DNA of 64,000 bases. Origin: Terriglobia bacterium. GTDB taxonomy: Bacteria > Acidobacteriota > Terriglobia > 20CM-2-55-15. Location of the stretch: positions 192,001-256,000 of the forward strand of contig CBDCLE010000001.1 of assembly GCA_965218585.1 (NCBI GenBank), given 5' to 3'. Positions 31,060 to 42,762 of the stretch are shown one piece after another (within the stretch, counting starts at the first letter, position 1; each line of letters starts with the position of its first letter). A program made the translations under genes and the position numbers. The notes beneath the pieces were generated by a model. The model did no database searches. It was not told the origin of the DNA and saw only the letters and a program-made list of their open reading frames with translations.

Positions 31060-33507
31060 TTGGGAAAGGAACCAACATTGAAGAGTGAGTTCGGGGATCC
31101 CGAAGCGATACGGGAAAAAATTCAATCGATACCGGACGAGTTGCCCATCCTGCCTCTCCGTGACGCCGTCATATTCCCAACTGCGGTGATGCCGCTGACC
31201 GTCGGTCGGGAAAGTTCAGTGCAGCTGGTCAACGAGGTTCAGGACAGTAACGGTCTGCTGGCTGTCTTGACGCAACGCGACAAGACGATCGAAGTCCCCG
31301 GACTCGAAGATCTTTACGAAACCGGCACGGTGTCGGTGATTCATCGAGTCATGAGGACTCCCGAGGGAAACCTCTTCGTGATCGTCATGGCGATTGCCCG
31401 GATGAGGATCGTGGAGTTTACACAGTTCGAGCCGTATCTGCGGGCCCGCATCGAAGTTCTCTCCGATGATTCCGAGCAAGAAGATGAAGTCGACTTTCAG
31501 GCGCTTCGCCGGAGCGTCCTGGGACAGTTTGAACAGGTGATCCGGCTCTCGCCACAACTTCCCGACGACCTTCAGACCTTCGTCATCAACATCGACGAAT
31601 CCGGGAGGCTCGCCGATTATATCGCCACCAATCTTCCCAACCTTGAAGTTGAATCGAAGCAGCTCGTGTTGGGAATGACCAGCGCGCGTAAGCGACTGGA
31701 TTTCTTAAACACCGAACTTGCCAAGGAACTCGAGGTTCTCGAACTTCGAACAAAGATCCAAAGCCAGGTTGAAGAAGAGGTCGGCAAGTCGCAGCGTGAG
31801 TACTTCCTTCGGGAGCAGATGCGGGCGATCCAGAAGGAATTGGGTGAGACCGACGATTCGCAACGCGAGATCGACGAGTTGCGGGAGCAGATCGAGAAGG
31901 CCAGTCTTCCGGAGGAAGCGGCCAAGGAAGCCGAACGCGAACTGACGCGCCTGGGGCGGATGTCTCCGGCGGCAGCCGACTATACGGTGACTCGGACGTA
32001 TCTGGATTGGCTCGTAACCCTTCCATGGAACGTGTTGACGACTGAAAAGGTCGACATTGCCCACGCCAGGGAAATTCTCGATCGGGACCATCATGACCTG
32101 GAAAAGATCAAAGAGAGAATTCTCGAATACCTTGCGGTGTTGGAACTGCGTCCCGAGGGCAAGGCCCCGATCCTCTGTTTCGTGGGCCCGCCGGGAGTGG
32201 GAAAGACTTCTCTCGGGCGTTCGATCGCCGAAGCCACCGGTCGCCGTTTTATTCGCATGTCCCTGGGCGGCATGCGAGACGAGGCAGAGATCCGCGGGCA
32301 CCGGCGAACCTACATCGGTGCGCTTCCAGGCCAGATCATCCAGCACATCCGGCGCGCGGAAGCGCGCGACCCTGTTCTGATGCTCGACGAAATCGACAAG
32401 CTGGGCGCCGACTTCAGAGGAGATCCCGCCTCGGCCCTGCTCGAAGTGCTCGATCCGGAACAGAACTCCACGTTCCGCGACCACTATCTGGATGTGGTGT
32501 TCGATCTTTCGCGCGTCTTTTTCATCACGACGGCCAACGTTCTCGACACCATTCCCTCCGCACTCCTTGACCGCATGGAAACCATCGAGTTACCCGGGTA
32601 CACCGAAGAGGAAAAGGTTCATATCGCCCGGGATTACCTTGTGCCGCGCCGGATTGAGGAGAATGGCCTGAAGGTGGAGCAGATCGAATTCTCCGACGAC
32701 GCGCTCCAGGATGTTGCCCGGCACTATACGCGGGAGGCCGGGGTCCGAAACCTCGAGCGGGAGATTGGGAATATCTGTAGAAAATACGCGCGCCAGCTGT
32801 TGGAAGGAAAAGAGCCCGAAGTCCGGGTCACACCAAAGGTTGTCACCGGTCTGCTGGGTGCACCGAAGTTCAAGGTGGCCGAGGAACTCGAAGAAAGAGT
32901 CAAGCGTGCCGGTGTCGCGGTGGGTCTGGCCTGGACGCCTGTCGGGGGAGAAGTGTTGTTCGTCGAAGCCAACCTGGCCGGTGGCGGCCGGCATCTGACG
33001 GTAACCGGCCAACTGGGTGACGTGATGCAGGAGTCCACCAAGGCCGCCCTGACATGGGTCCGTTCGATGGCCACGCGCCTGGGCCTGGAGTCGGATTTTT
33101 ACAAGGATCGCGATGTTCATATTCACGTGCCTTCCGGAGCCATACCCAAGGATGGGCCTTCGGCCGGCGTCACGATGGTGACAGCGCTCGTGTCCTCGCT
33201 CCTGGGTGAGCCGGTTCGGCCCAAGCTGGCCATGACAGGGGAGATCACGCTGAGTGGTCACGTCCTGCCAGTCGGCGGCATCAAGGAGAAGGTTCTTGCG
33301 GCCCGTCGTGCCGGTGTCAACGAGCTTCTCCTGCCGGCGGAGAACGAGAAGAATGTCCTTGAAGACATCCAGGGAGACTTGCTGGCCTCGATCCGGATTC
33401 GCTACGTCAAGACGATCGAAGAGGTATTGACCTTCGCTTTCGAGAACGAAGTCCTGGCAGATGAGGTCGGGGCAGAACCGACCAAAGAATCGGTGCCGGG
33501 GAGATAA
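31060..33507 (+). CDS. lon: ATP-dependent Lon protease (endopeptidase La)
   Basis: [36 protein letters not shown]. Confidence 0.97.
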   Translation: MGKEPTLKSEFGDPEAIREKIQSIPDELPILPLRDAVIFPTAVMPLTVGRESSVQLVNEVQDSNGLLAVLTQRDKTIEVPGLEDLYETGTVSVIHRVMRTPEGNLFVIVMAIARMRIVEFTQFEPYLRARIEVLSDDSEQEDEVDFQALRRSVLGQFEQVIRLSPQLPDDLQTFVINIDESGRLADYIATNLPNLEVESKQLVLGMTSARKRLDFLNTELAKELEVLELRTKIQSQVEEEVGKSQREYFLREQMRAIQKELGETDDSQREIDELREQIEKASLPEEAAKEAERELTRLGRMSPAAADYTVTRTYLDWLVTLPWNVLTTEKVDIAHAREILDRDHHDLEKIKERILEYLAVLELRPEGKAPILCFVGPPGVGKTSLGRSIAEATGRRFIRMSLGGMRDEAEIRGHRRTYIGALPGQIIQHIRRAEARDPVLMLDEIDKLGADFRGDPASALLEVLDPEQNSTFRDHYLDVVFDLSRVFFITTANVLDTIPSALLDRMETIELPGYTEEEKVHIARDYLVPRRIEENGLKVEQIEFSDDALQDVARHYTREAGVRNLEREIGNICRKYARQLLEGKEPEVRVTPKVVTGLLGAPKFKVAEELEERVKRAGVAVGLAWTPVGGEVLFVEANLAGGGRHLTVTGQLGDVMQESTKAALTWVRSMATRLGLESDFYKDRDVHIHVPSGAIPKDGPSAGVTMVTALVSSLLGEPVRPKLAMTGEITLSGHVLPVGGIKEKVLAARRAGVNELLLPAENEKNVLEDIQGDLLASIRIRYVKTIEEVLTFAFENEVLADEVGAEPTKESVPGR

Positions 33508-33509
33508 CG

Positions 33510-34838
33510 ATGACGACTTCCTCTGCTTCCGAAACGAAGTTCGCTGCATGGTTCGAGTGTTTCGCCGGTTGCGGCACACGAATTCCCCTCGAAGAAATTG
33601 TGTACCGGTGCCCCTCCTGTAATTCATTGCTTGAGGTGCGTCATGAGGTCGACGCCCTTCAGTCGGTGCCCGCCGAGCATTGGAAGGAACTGTTCTCCTC
33701 CCGCCTGGCCTCTCGTGGCGGCGTCTGGTCACAGAAGGAGTTGGTTCTTCCACTCGCCGCCGACGAAGACATCGTGTCGCTGGGTGAAGGGAACACCCCG
33801 ATGCTTGGAAGTCGTCGAATGGCCGAGACTCTGGGCGTCAAAGAAATATTAGTCAAACAGTGTGGGACTTCGCATACAGGGTCTTTCAAGGATCTTGGGA
33901 TGACAGTCCTCGTGTCGATGGTCAACCGGATCCGTTCAAAAATCCGCGCCGTTGCCTGTGCTTCGACCGGGGACACCTCGGCCGCTCTGGCTGCCTACTG
34001 CGCGGCAGCGGGAATTCCGTCGATCGTCTTTCTGCCGAAGGACAAGGTTTCCCTGCCTCAGCTGATCCAGCCCATTTCAAACGGCGCGCTTACGTTGTCA
34101 CTGGATACCGACTTCGATGGGTGTATGAAGATCGTCCAGCAGATCACCGAGGACAGTTCCATATATCTGGCGAATTCGATGAATTCCCTGAGGGTCGAAG
34201 GGCAGAAAACCATCAGTCTCGAAATCGTCCAGCAGTTGGGATGGGAGGTGCCCGATTACGTCGTCGTTCCCGGTGGCAACCTCGGCAACGTATCGGCGAT
34301 CGGTATGGGTTTCATCCTGGCGAGGGAACTGGGTATCATCGACCGAATGCCTCGGCTTGTCTGCGCTCAGACCGAACGGGCAAATCCCCTGTATCGAGCC
34401 TACCAATCCGGTTTCGAAAACTTCGAGCCCATTACCGCGCAAACCACCATGGCGACCGCCATCCAGATCGGCAACCCGGTCAGTTTTCCCAAGGCCGTAA
34501 GGGCTCTCCGGGAAAGCGATGGGATCGTCGGTCAGGTGAGTGAGGCAGAACTGGCCGACGCCGCCGCCTTCGGTGATGGATTCGGGCTCTTCAATGATCC
34601 GCAAACTGGTGTTGCCCTTGGAGTTACACGTAAATTGATTGCCTCGGGAGAGATAGAGAAGGATGCTCGAATCGTTGTCATCAGCACCGCCCACGGGCTC
34701 AAGTTTACCGACTTCAAGCTGAGGGTGCACCGGGGCAAGGTGGCTGGGACCGATCCGGGCCTCCGCAACCTGCCGATTGACGTTTCCGCCGACATCGATG
34801 AGGTCAGGAGGATCTTAGATGGCAACCTGCCGGCTTGA
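33510..34838 (+). CDS. thrC: Threonine synthase
   Basis: SLGEGNTP, TGSFKDLG, CASTGDTS, PGGNLGN, STAHGLKF. Confidence 0.93.
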   Translation: MTTSSASETKFAAWFECFAGCGTRIPLEEIVYRCPSCNSLLEVRHEVDALQSVPAEHWKELFSSRLASRGGVWSQKELVLPLAADEDIVSLGEGNTPMLGSRRMAETLGVKEILVKQCGTSHTGSFKDLGMTVLVSMVNRIRSKIRAVACASTGDTSAALAAYCAAAGIPSIVFLPKDKVSLPQLIQPISNGALTLSLDTDFDGCMKIVQQITEDSSIYLANSMNSLRVEGQKTISLEIVQQLGWEVPDYVVVPGGNLGNVSAIGMGFILARELGIIDRMPRLVCAQTERANPLYRAYQSGFENFEPITAQTTMATAIQIGNPVSFPKAVRALRESDGIVGQVSEAELADAAAFGDGFGLFNDPQTGVALGVTRKLIASGEIEKDARIVVISTAHGLKFTDFKLRVHRGKVAGTDPGLRNLPIDVSADIDEVRRILDGNLPA

Positions 34839-34921
34839 TGATGGCAACCAACCTGCTTGACAATACCTGACGACCGGAAGCTATAATTTTTCAATAAGTT
34901 AGCGTTGTCCTAAGGTAACGT

Positions 34922-37900
34922 GTGGTCAAAATAAACACATTGCTGCGGCTTCTGTGCGCATTACTGGTGGTGACCTGTGTGGTCCTGCCGGCGTCAGCCC
35001 AGTCTGTGTTTCATTTTCCACGTGTCGTGGCTGGTGGCCCCGAGGCGTCCCATTTCACGATTTCTAACCCTTCGGCGTCTGCGGCCGAGGTCGAATTCGA
35101 ACTGTTTGGTTTGGATGGATCGCTCGTGGCCGCCCCAGCCAATCCGGTGCGCTACCGTGTTGAGCCCGACAGCATCCTCTCCATGGGAGCCGACACGGTT
35201 TTCGCCACTTCGGCTGTCACTGGATGGATTCGTGTAAGCAGTGATCGTTCGGGTCTGGCGGCCCGGCTTCAGACAGGAGATTTCGCCTCCAGTCTTGAAG
35301 AGGTGTTGGCCGCTTCCCCGATGGCAGACCAGGTTGTGGTCATTCCATCCACGGATCCGCTTGCGGTGCGTTCGCTGCGCATCGTGAATCCTTCTGACAG
35401 CCTCACATCGGTGAATGCGACCGTCTTTGATGGCGCGGGGAACCTGACCCGGGCGATTCCTGCGACGCTGGAAGCCAACCAAGCTACCGACATCATTCTT
35501 GGTGTCGTTGTTTCGGGTTCGGCCGTAAGGATCAGTTCGAGTCAACCCGTGGTTGCGCAGGTTGAGGTCAGGACGAACGATTCCCTGATGCTCGTGAACG
35601 GGCAGGCGGCTCGAATTGAGACCGCAGCTTTCCGCGTTGCTCCCCACGTCGTGATCGGTAACGGGTTTGCCTCGACGCTCCTGTTGTCCAATCCCACCGG
35701 ACAGTCGATTACCGTGCACGCGACCCTGCTCAGTCAGACAGGCGGTCCGATCCACATTTCCCAGAGCGTTCCGCGCAGACATCCCTTGACGATCCCGGCC
35801 AACGGTTCCGTGTCGGTCGGTGTGGGACAGATCAGCGGACTTCTGTTTGTCCCGTCTGTCAACGGCTGGATTGAGATCGAATCTCCGAACGTAGCGCTGG
35901 CGGGCGGACTGGTTGTTTCCCGGGGGACGAACCAGACGCTATATCCGCTTCAGGTGGCTTCGGAAAGCAACGTGTTCTATCCACAATCCGGAGAACTGGA
36001 TTCCTCGCTCGCCGGACTGGCTGTGACCAATCTTTCCGGGGTTGCTGCAGACGTGGAAATCGCAGCGATCGACGACGATGGCCATACGTTGGCCCGGTCC
36101 TCGGTTGTTGTAGCGGCGCGCAGCAAGGTGACGCGGCTCGCCGGAGAATTGCTTCCCGGAATCGACATGCCTGCCGGGGGAACCCTGACGTTGAGATCTT
36201 CAACTCCTGTTTACGGTGTCCAGATGGGTGGCGGGGCCGGGGGTTTCCTCGCCGCAGCGGAACCGGAAACACTGTCTCTCGGTTTCGCGGACTCTATCGA
36301 ACGCCGGCCCGAGATCACAGCGATCGAACCCGAACAGGTTCGGCCGGGCGATACCGTCCGTCTCCGTGGGGTGAATCTGAACGTCAACAGTCTGCTTCTG
36401 GGTGGTCGACCGATCAGTGCGCGTTCGCTGGCTCCGGGGATCTCGGTCCTTGTCGTGGACATACCGGAAATCGATGTGGGATTTGTCGATTTTCAGATTC
36501 GCACCTCGGATGGTGCGGAATCGGATCCCTACACCATTCTGGTTCTACCGTCGGATCAGACGCCTTTGAGGGAAGTACGCGGGCGGGCATTTTACGAGAA
36601 GATCGATCTCGGCCCGGATGGGCTCGATCTGGCCGGGCCCGTGATGGTTCCAATCCGCGAAGCCCGGATCGACGTCTTCAGCCAGGTAACCGGACAGGTG
36701 TTTTCCGTTGCGAGCACCGACTAGGAAGGGAACTTCCGCGCTCTGGCCCCTCTCGGGTCAGAGTACGCGTTGCGGGCACTCAGCCAATCTTCTGTGTCCG
36801 GGGTGGTCGTGGCCGACAACACCAGCGGTGGGGCGATTTATTTTGTCACTGCAGGTATCGACTCGGAGACGAGTCCCGTTCTCCTCGCTTCGGATACGGA
36901 CCGGAGATCGGGTGCATTCAATATTCTGGAAGCTATTCGACAGGGCAATGCGGTTCTGGGCGCCATCGATTCAGCTCTTGGATTGGGGAACCTGAGTATC
37001 TTCTGGAGTCCGGACAATACAGCGGTAGCAGGCGATGTGGATTCGGGTCAGATCGGCGGCACGTTCTTCAACGCTGAAACCAGCACCGCGTTTATCCTCG
37101 GCGACCGTGAGACGGATTCAGATGAATTTGACGATTCTGTCATTCTCCATGAATACGCGCACCTGCTGGCCACGCGGTTTTCCAGAGACGACTCTCGCGG
37201 TGGCCCCCATGTTCTGGGCGACGTTCTCGATCCCAGGGTGGCCTGGTCTGAAGGCTGGGCGAATTTCTTTTCTGGTTGGGTGCGGGGCAACCCCGTTTAC
37301 AGAGACTCCCTTGGATTTGGTGGCGAGTCGGTTCTCGAACACAACCTGGAAGACAACATACCCATCGGAGATCAGCCCGGTTACTGGAGCGAGTTCTCCA
37401 TTCACTCGATTCTGTGGGACCTGACAGACTCGGCCACCGATAACGGGGACATCTCCGAGATCCCGTTCGGAGTTATCTGGGAAGCTTTTACCGGGCTCGG
37501 TGAGGACAGTTTCGTCTACGTACCGTCATTCCTGGACCGATTGGCCACGCTGAGACCCGAAGAGGCGTTCGGAATCGGACAGATCACGCGAATGAGGTCC
37601 ATCGACTATGTCGCCTCTTCCCAACCGAGCGTATCGAATCCGTTCCCACGCCTGGCGTCGGGGACAGAATCGGTTGCGGGCGACGTCGATTCGCTCTCAA
37701 GAGGGCGCGCGAACCTGGCCGAGTCAGCACACCAGTACGTCTTCGATGTAAGCGGCGGGGCTGTCTCCATCCGCCTGGACATCACGGGACCGGGTCCTGC
37801 TCGGAATCCGAACGCGAACGATCTGGACCTGTTCCTGATGGACTCCGAGGGCCGGGTTCTGGCGCGCTCGGATCGTGGCCTGAACGGACAGTCCGAACTG

Positions 37901-38023
37901 ATTTCGACTTTCCTGCCTGCCGGCAGTTACGTTGTGGAGATCCGGAGTTTCTATACTCAGGGTGAAACAGGAACGCTCGTCTTCAATTCCGGTTCGTACA
38001 ATCTGGAATTCCGGCTTCCGTAA
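34922..38023 (+). pseudogene. Secreted multidomain zinc metallopeptidase (beta-sandwich repeats, IPT/TIG-like, HEXXH, PPC-like), split by an in-frame TAG
   Basis: ORFs 34922..36724 and 36770..38023 are in the same frame, separated only by TAG at 36722-36724 (ASTD*EGNF); ILHEYAH...WSEGWA; NDLDLFL. Confidence 0.75.
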
Positions 38024-38027
38024 GGAA

Positions 38028-38056
38028 GGAAATTCGGGGTCTGTCCTGGAGTTTCC
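38028..38056. repeat. Short imperfect palindrome, GGGACAG/GGGGTC family
   Basis: GGAAATTCGGGGTCTGTCCTGGAGTTTCC between convergent genes. Confidence 0.55.
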
Positions 38057-38060
38057 GGAA

Positions 38061-39233
38061 TCAGGATACTTTCTGGTAGGAATCCATTGCAGCACGCGCG
38101 CCGGCGCCTGGAGTTAACCCGAAACCCATCTCCGACAGGATTTCTTCCAGCCCGTTGATCAGGAGCAGAACGTTGTTCCGTTGGGATGAATGTCCCATCA
38201 AGCCGATTCGCCAGATCTTTCCCTTGAGATCGCCCAGCCCGCCTACAATTTCTATTCCGTAGCGTTCGAGGAGTTTAGACCTCACCGCGGCTTCGTCGAT
38301 GCCCTCGGGCACCTTCGGAGTGTTGACGGTCCATGCGCGAAGATCGCGTTCGACAAACATTTCCAGGCCCATCGCTTCAAGGCCCGCGACCAACGCAAGA
38401 TGGTTCTTCCGGTGCCGCTCGAAGCGATTGGCGAGCCCTTCTTCTGCGATAATCCTTAGGGATTCACGCAACGCGTAGTGCATCGAAATCGGGCCTGTGT
38501 GGTGATATTGCCGATCGTTGCTCCAGTATTTCTCGATCATGGACAGATCCAGGTACCAGCTCTGAACCGGGACTTTGCGGGACCGAAGCTGCCGACCTGC
38601 TTTCCGAGACAGCGTGACCGGCGCCAGTCCCGGTGGACAACCGAGACACTTCTGGGTGCCGCTGTAAACAAAGTCGAGTTCATTATCTGCCACCTTGACC
38701 GGTTGGCCTCCGAGCGAGGCCACCGCATCCACGATTGTGAAGATGTCGTCTTCACGGAGCAGCTGGGCGAGCCCTTCGAGAGGCTGGGCGAGCCCTGTCG
38801 AGGTTTCTACGTGGGCGAGGGCGACAACTTTGGGACGCCTTTTCTCGATGGCCTGGCGCAATTGATCGGGTGTGACAGCCTTCCCCAACGGCGCCTCGAC
38901 CATCTGGACGTGACCTCCCGCCCGGTCTGCGATCTGGCGCAGCCGCTCGCCGAAGAATCCGGCCGAGCAGACCAGGACAGGGTCTCCGGGCTCGATCATG
39001 TTGACCATGGCCGCTTCCATTCCGGCGGTTCCGCTTCCCGAGATCGGCAGCGTGAGAGCGTTCTCGGTTTCAAACACGTAGCGGAGACCTTCCTGGATGT
39101 CGTCCATCACTTCCATAAAGATGGGATCCATATGGCTGACCATCGTTTTCGTCATGGCTCTGAGGATCCGTGGATGGACATCGCTCGGTCCGGGACCCAG
39201 CAAGACGCGAAAAGGGGGATTGAACTCTTTCAT
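38061..39233 (-). CDS. Alanine-glyoxylate/serine-pyruvate aminotransferase (class V PLP)
   Basis: LLGPGPS, HVETSTG, VDAVAS, SGTQKCL, RIGLMG. Confidence 0.92.
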   Translation of the reverse strand: MKEFNPPFRVLLGPGPSDVHPRILRAMTKTMVSHMDPIFMEVMDDIQEGLRYVFETENALTLPISGSGTAGMEAAMVNMIEPGDPVLVCSAGFFGERLRQIADRAGGHVQMVEAPLGKAVTPDQLRQAIEKRRPKVVALAHVETSTGLAQPLEGLAQLLREDDIFTIVDAVASLGGQPVKVADNELDFVYSGTQKCLGCPPGLAPVTLSRKAGRQLRSRKVPVQSWYLDLSMIEKYWSNDRQYHHTGPISMHYALRESLRIIAEEGLANRFERHRKNHLALVAGLEAMGLEMFVERDLRAWTVNTPKVPEGIDEAAVRSKLLERYGIEIVGGLGDLKGKIWRIGLMGHSSQRNNVLLLINGLEEILSEMGFGLTPGAGARAAMDSYQKVS

Positions 39234-39251
39234 GGTTGCGAGAAAATTCCA

Positions 39252-39321
39252 GGGACAGAGCCCTATTTCCACTAACAGCAAGTTTCAGCGTGAATATCGT
39301 CAGGAAATAGGGATCAGTCCC
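39252..39321. repeat. Inverted repeat, GGGACAG family
   Basis: GGGACAGAGCCCTATTTCC / GGAAATAGGGATCAGTCCC match 17/19. Confidence 0.75.
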
Positions 39322-39373
39322 GAATTTCCCCAGGAATTATAACCGCTGGGGAGATTCTTTACGAACGGGCGCT

Positions 39374-39430
39374 GTAGGTGCGGTCTATGACCGCACGATT
39401 TGATCTTGTGCGCTCATAGAGCGCACCCAC
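39374..39430. repeat. GTAG-type REP doublet, copy 2
   Basis: GTAGGTGCGGTCTATGACCGCAC ... GTGCGCTCATAGAGCGCACCCAC. Confidence 0.88.
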
Positions 39431-39439
39431 AGAAGAATC

Positions 39440-39931
39440 CTACCTGCGATCTTCTGCAAGCGAGACAGCCAATCGGACGGCTTCTTCCGGCGTCGTCACG
39501 GTGTAAAACAAGGGTTCGCCGTAAGATTTGCCGTCGATTGCGGCGTCCCAGGTGCGAAGTCCGACGACCGGCGTGCCCACTTTGATGGCGAGCGCAATCT
39601 CGGAGAGTGTGCCAGCTCCACCGGCGATTGCGATCACAGCGTGCGAGGTCAGGACGTTGATGGCGTTCCTGGCATTCCCCATCCCCGTGACGATCGGGAT
39701 GTCGACCCAGGGGTTCGCAGTTCCTTCTTCGGCGGAGGGGAGAATGCCGACGACCAGCCCTCCCGCTTCAGCAGCTCCACGGGCCGCCGCTTCCATCACA
39801 CCGCCACCACCGCCACAAATCAATACCGCTTCCTGGGCCCCGATCCCCCGCCCGACGCTTTCGGCGAGTCCTGTGATTTCGGCATTGCACTCACCGGCGC
39901 CCATCACACCAATCTTGATTTTTCGTCGCAT
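39440..39931 (-). CDS. TIGR00725 / LOG-like Rossmann-fold protein
   Basis: CGGGGGVMEAA, TGMGNARN, GGAGTLSEI. Confidence 0.9.
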   Translation of the reverse strand: MRRKIKIGVMGAGECNAEITGLAESVGRGIGAQEAVLICGGGGGVMEAAARGAAEAGGLVVGILPSAEEGTANPWVDIPIVTGMGNARNAINVLTSHAVIAIAGGAGTLSEIALAIKVGTPVVGLRTWDAAIDGKSYGEPLFYTVTTPEEAVRLAVSLAEDRR

Positions 39932-39941
39932 TCCTCGCTTC

Positions 39942-40787
39942 TCAATTCATCATCACCCGTATACGGTTCACATCTTTCAAATACGATTCAACCTTGGAAT
40001 TGTCCGCGGAGTCGGGGGCGTGCTTCAGATACCATTTGAGGTCACGGGCGGCCCCGTCAAAGAGACGTAGCTGGAGACGGAGAAGGCCGCGCTCTTTGTA
40101 GAGTTCCAGGGCGCCGGGCTCGGTCAGGATCATCAGGTCGAGCATGACCAGTGCCTTGTCGAAGGTCTGTGCCTGAAGGTATATCGCCTTCAGGTTGGCA
40201 AGCATACGCGTGAGGATGTGTCGGTTGGTGACCCGCCGCAGCCATTGTTCGACGCTTTGATCGTTTTCAAGTTGGCCGGGAACGAGAAGTCTTCGGCAGT
40301 CTTCGGGCGTGAGAAGCGATCCCTTGTTGAAAGGATCGATAAAGACCTCCTCGTCGCGTGACGCGTACTTGACCAGAAAGTGGCCGGGCATTCCGACACC
40401 GGCAATTTCAAAACCGATGCGCCGGGCAACTTCGATGTAGATCGCCGATAAGGTGATGGGTATTCCCCTTCGCCGGTCGATGACGTCATTTAGAAAGCTG
40501 TTGCGGGGATCGTAGTAGTTGTCCGCGTTGCCTTCGAAACCGTAATCGATGAAGAGAACGTGATTGATCGCTTCAATGGTCTCCCTCGGGGCATCGGCCC
40601 CAGAAACGCCAGGTGCGGTTCTCCGACGTACCTGCTCGGCGATGTGGTCGAGTTCGTCCAGGTAAGGGCCGATCGACAGATGCGGGTATTCTTCGCAAGC
40701 CATCAACAGGGCTGCCTCTGCCAATGGGACGCCTAAGTCGGGAAGCGTGACGAGTTCCTTGAACGTTGTCCTGGAGCGCGCGGTCAT
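39942..40787 (-). CDS. SirB1-family transglutaminase-like protein with TPR
   Basis: YYDPRNSFLN.V..RRRGIPITL, PGHFL, IDPF. Confidence 0.9.
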   Translation of the reverse strand: MTARSRTTFKELVTLPDLGVPLAEAALLMACEEYPHLSIGPYLDELDHIAEQVRRRTAPGVSGADAPRETIEAINHVLFIDYGFEGNADNYYDPRNSFLNDVIDRRRGIPITLSAIYIEVARRIGFEIAGVGMPGHFLVKYASRDEEVFIDPFNKGSLLTPEDCRRLLVPGQLENDQSVEQWLRRVTNRHILTRMLANLKAIYLQAQTFDKALVMLDLMILTEPGALELYKERGLLRLQLRLFDGAARDLKWYLKHAPDSADNSKVESYLKDVNRIRVMMN

Positions 40788-41455
40788 GCGACCCGTCCCT
40801 CGATCCACTGGCCGAATTCCCTGATCGAAGCAAGTATCCAGTCTGCTTCGACCAGATGAGACCGGTCGTAGGAATGTTCCAGCGCCAGGCATTCCAGGCC
40901 CGCGGCCTTGGCCGAACGGATGCCTCCTCTGGAATCTTCCACGGCCAGGCACCTCGCGGGATCGAGTGGTCCGTGAAGTGTGGCCAACTCTCCTGTCGCT
41001 TTCAGAAACGGTTCAGGATCGGGTTTTCCGGCGTCGACGTCTTCAGCAGCCACGATGACGGAAAAGTATTTCTGAAGGGCACCTGCCTTGAGGATCTGTT
41101 CGATCTCGTCGCGTCGGGCGCCCGATGCGATAGCCAGGGGGCAGTTTTCTCCCGCCGCGCGTACTGCCCCCTCGGCGCCTTCGAAAATGACCTGCCTCCC
41201 TTCCAGGAGTCTGTAATAGCTAGCTGACTTTCTTTCTACAAGAGTTTCGAGTTCTTCGTCTGTCAAATTCCGGTCGTGAGCTTTATACAGCTCGCGAAAA
41301 AGATCCCAATCGTCGAAGGCCAGGTATCGTTCGTAGTAGGCCTCGTCGGTGAGTCCAAGCCCTTCCTCGAGCGCTGTCGATCGGAAGGCTTCCAGATGTA
41401 TCGGCTCGTCATCGGCCAGAACGCCGTTGAAGTCGAAGATAACGGCTTGGAACAT
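40784..41455 (-). CDS. HAD-family phosphatase
   Basis: FDFNGVLAD, ASGA, GKPDPE, VEDS..GI. Confidence 0.9.
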   Translation of the reverse strand: MFQAVIFDFNGVLADDEPIHLEAFRSTALEEGLGLTDEAYYERYLAFDDWDLFRELYKAHDRNLTDEELETLVERKSASYYRLLEGRQVIFEGAEGAVRAAGENCPLAIASGARRDEIEQILKAGALQKYFSVIVAAEDVDAGKPDPEPFLKATGELATLHGPLDPARCLAVEDSRGGIRSAKAAGLECLALEHSYDRSHLVEADWILASIREFGQWIEGRVA

Positions 41456-41651
41456 AGTGTTTGAGGTTGTCCCCGAATTTTCCTAGCTAAGTTACCATGC
41501 TTCGCTCCCGCGGCAGGCGCCGCCGACCTTGATACGATACGAAAGTGTCCATGGGCGATGACGCGACGGGGCCGGCGCCGGTTCCACCTTCTCGTTTTTC
41601 CTGAAAGTGTCCCGATCCTTCTCACCGATTCAGCTGGTATAATCGCACCTC

Positions 41652-42743
41652 ATGATCGATCCCGCCATTAGCGAAAAGGTCGAGAGAGGAGAACGACTTA
41701 GCTTCGAGGACGGCGTCGCACTGTACGCATCGGACGACGTTTTCGGAGTCGGTCGGCTCGCTCATCAGATCCGTCTGAGGATGAACGGGAATGCCGCCTA
41801 CTACAACGTCAATCGGCACATCAACTACACGAACGTCTGTGTGATCGACTGTCAGCTTTGCCAGGGAGCCTACGCTCGCAAGCCCGGTGAAGAGGGTGGC
41901 TATACGATGACGCTGGAAACGGTTTTCGATTTTGCCTCACAGAAGTACAACGACTCGGTCACAGAGTTTCACATCGTGGGCGGCCTCAATCCCGAGTTGC
42001 CTTTCGAGTACTATCTCGATCTTTTGAAGGGGCTCAGGGAACGATTTCCTTCAGTGCATCTGAAAGCGTTCACAATGGTAGAGTTGGACTTCTTTTCCAA
42101 GATCACCCGGAAGTCGCTCGAATGGGTCATTGAGCAGCTCGTTGATGCGGGTATGGGGAGTTGTCCGGGCGGAGGCGCCGAGATCTTTGCCGCCAGGGCC
42201 CGTCCGCTGATCGCGGGCCACAAGATATCTGGAGACCGGTGGCTCGAGTGTGCGCGAACCCTCCACAGGATGGGGATCAACTCCAACGCAACGATGTTGT
42301 ACGGGCATGTTGAGACGATTCCCGAACGTGTGGATCATTTCGTCCGCCTGCGCGAGTTGCAGGACGAAACCGGTGGGTTCAATTGTTTTATTCCGCTGGC
42401 CTTCCATCCGGAAAACACCACCTACGATCATTTTCCGCCCACGACAGGAACCGACGACCTGAAGACGATCGCGCTGGCCCGGCTGATGCTCGACAATTTT
42501 CCCCACATCAAAGCCTACTGGGTGACGATCACGCCGGAGCTGGCCCAGATCGCCCTTCGTTTCGGAGCCGATGATCTGGACGGCACGATCATCGAAGAAC
42601 GGATTATTCACGGTGCTGGAAGCAATACGAGTCCGGGCTTGACCCGGGAACGGCTTGAGAAGTTGATCCGGGATGCTGGCTGCACACCCATCGAACGCGA
42701 CACCCTCTACAATCCGGTCACCGCCAGCGTCACCTCCTCCTAG
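41652..42743 (+). CDS. mqnE: Aminofutalosine synthase MqnE (radical SAM)
   Basis: NRHINYTNVC...C..C, HLKAFT, PGGGAEIF, TMLYGHVE, FIPLAFHPEN, LDNFPHIKAYW. Confidence 0.88.
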   Translation: MIDPAISEKVERGERLSFEDGVALYASDDVFGVGRLAHQIRLRMNGNAAYYNVNRHINYTNVCVIDCQLCQGAYARKPGEEGGYTMTLETVFDFASQKYNDSVTEFHIVGGLNPELPFEYYLDLLKGLRERFPSVHLKAFTMVELDFFSKITRKSLEWVIEQLVDAGMGSCPGGGAEIFAARARPLIAGHKISGDRWLECARTLHRMGINSNATMLYGHVETIPERVDHFVRLRELQDETGGFNCFIPLAFHPENTTYDHFPPTTGTDDLKTIALARLMLDNFPHIKAYWVTITPELAQIALRFGADDLDGTIIEERIIHGAGSNTSPGLTRERLEKLIRDAGCTPIERDTLYNPVTASVTSS

Positions 42744-42762
42744 AGACCCAGGAATTCGGATT

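Noticed and set aside
36722-36724. Genome-wide TAG reassignment or pyrrolysine
   Set aside because: TAG ends conserved genes at their expected positions (desaturase 4703, iscS 11524, mqnE 42743, purC 55778), and no pyl genes are in the window
41541-41612. 10-bp direct repeat GAAAGTGTCC in the HAD/mqnE divergent region
   Set aside because: Only two copies about 62 bp apart with no other support; could be chance or repeat remnants
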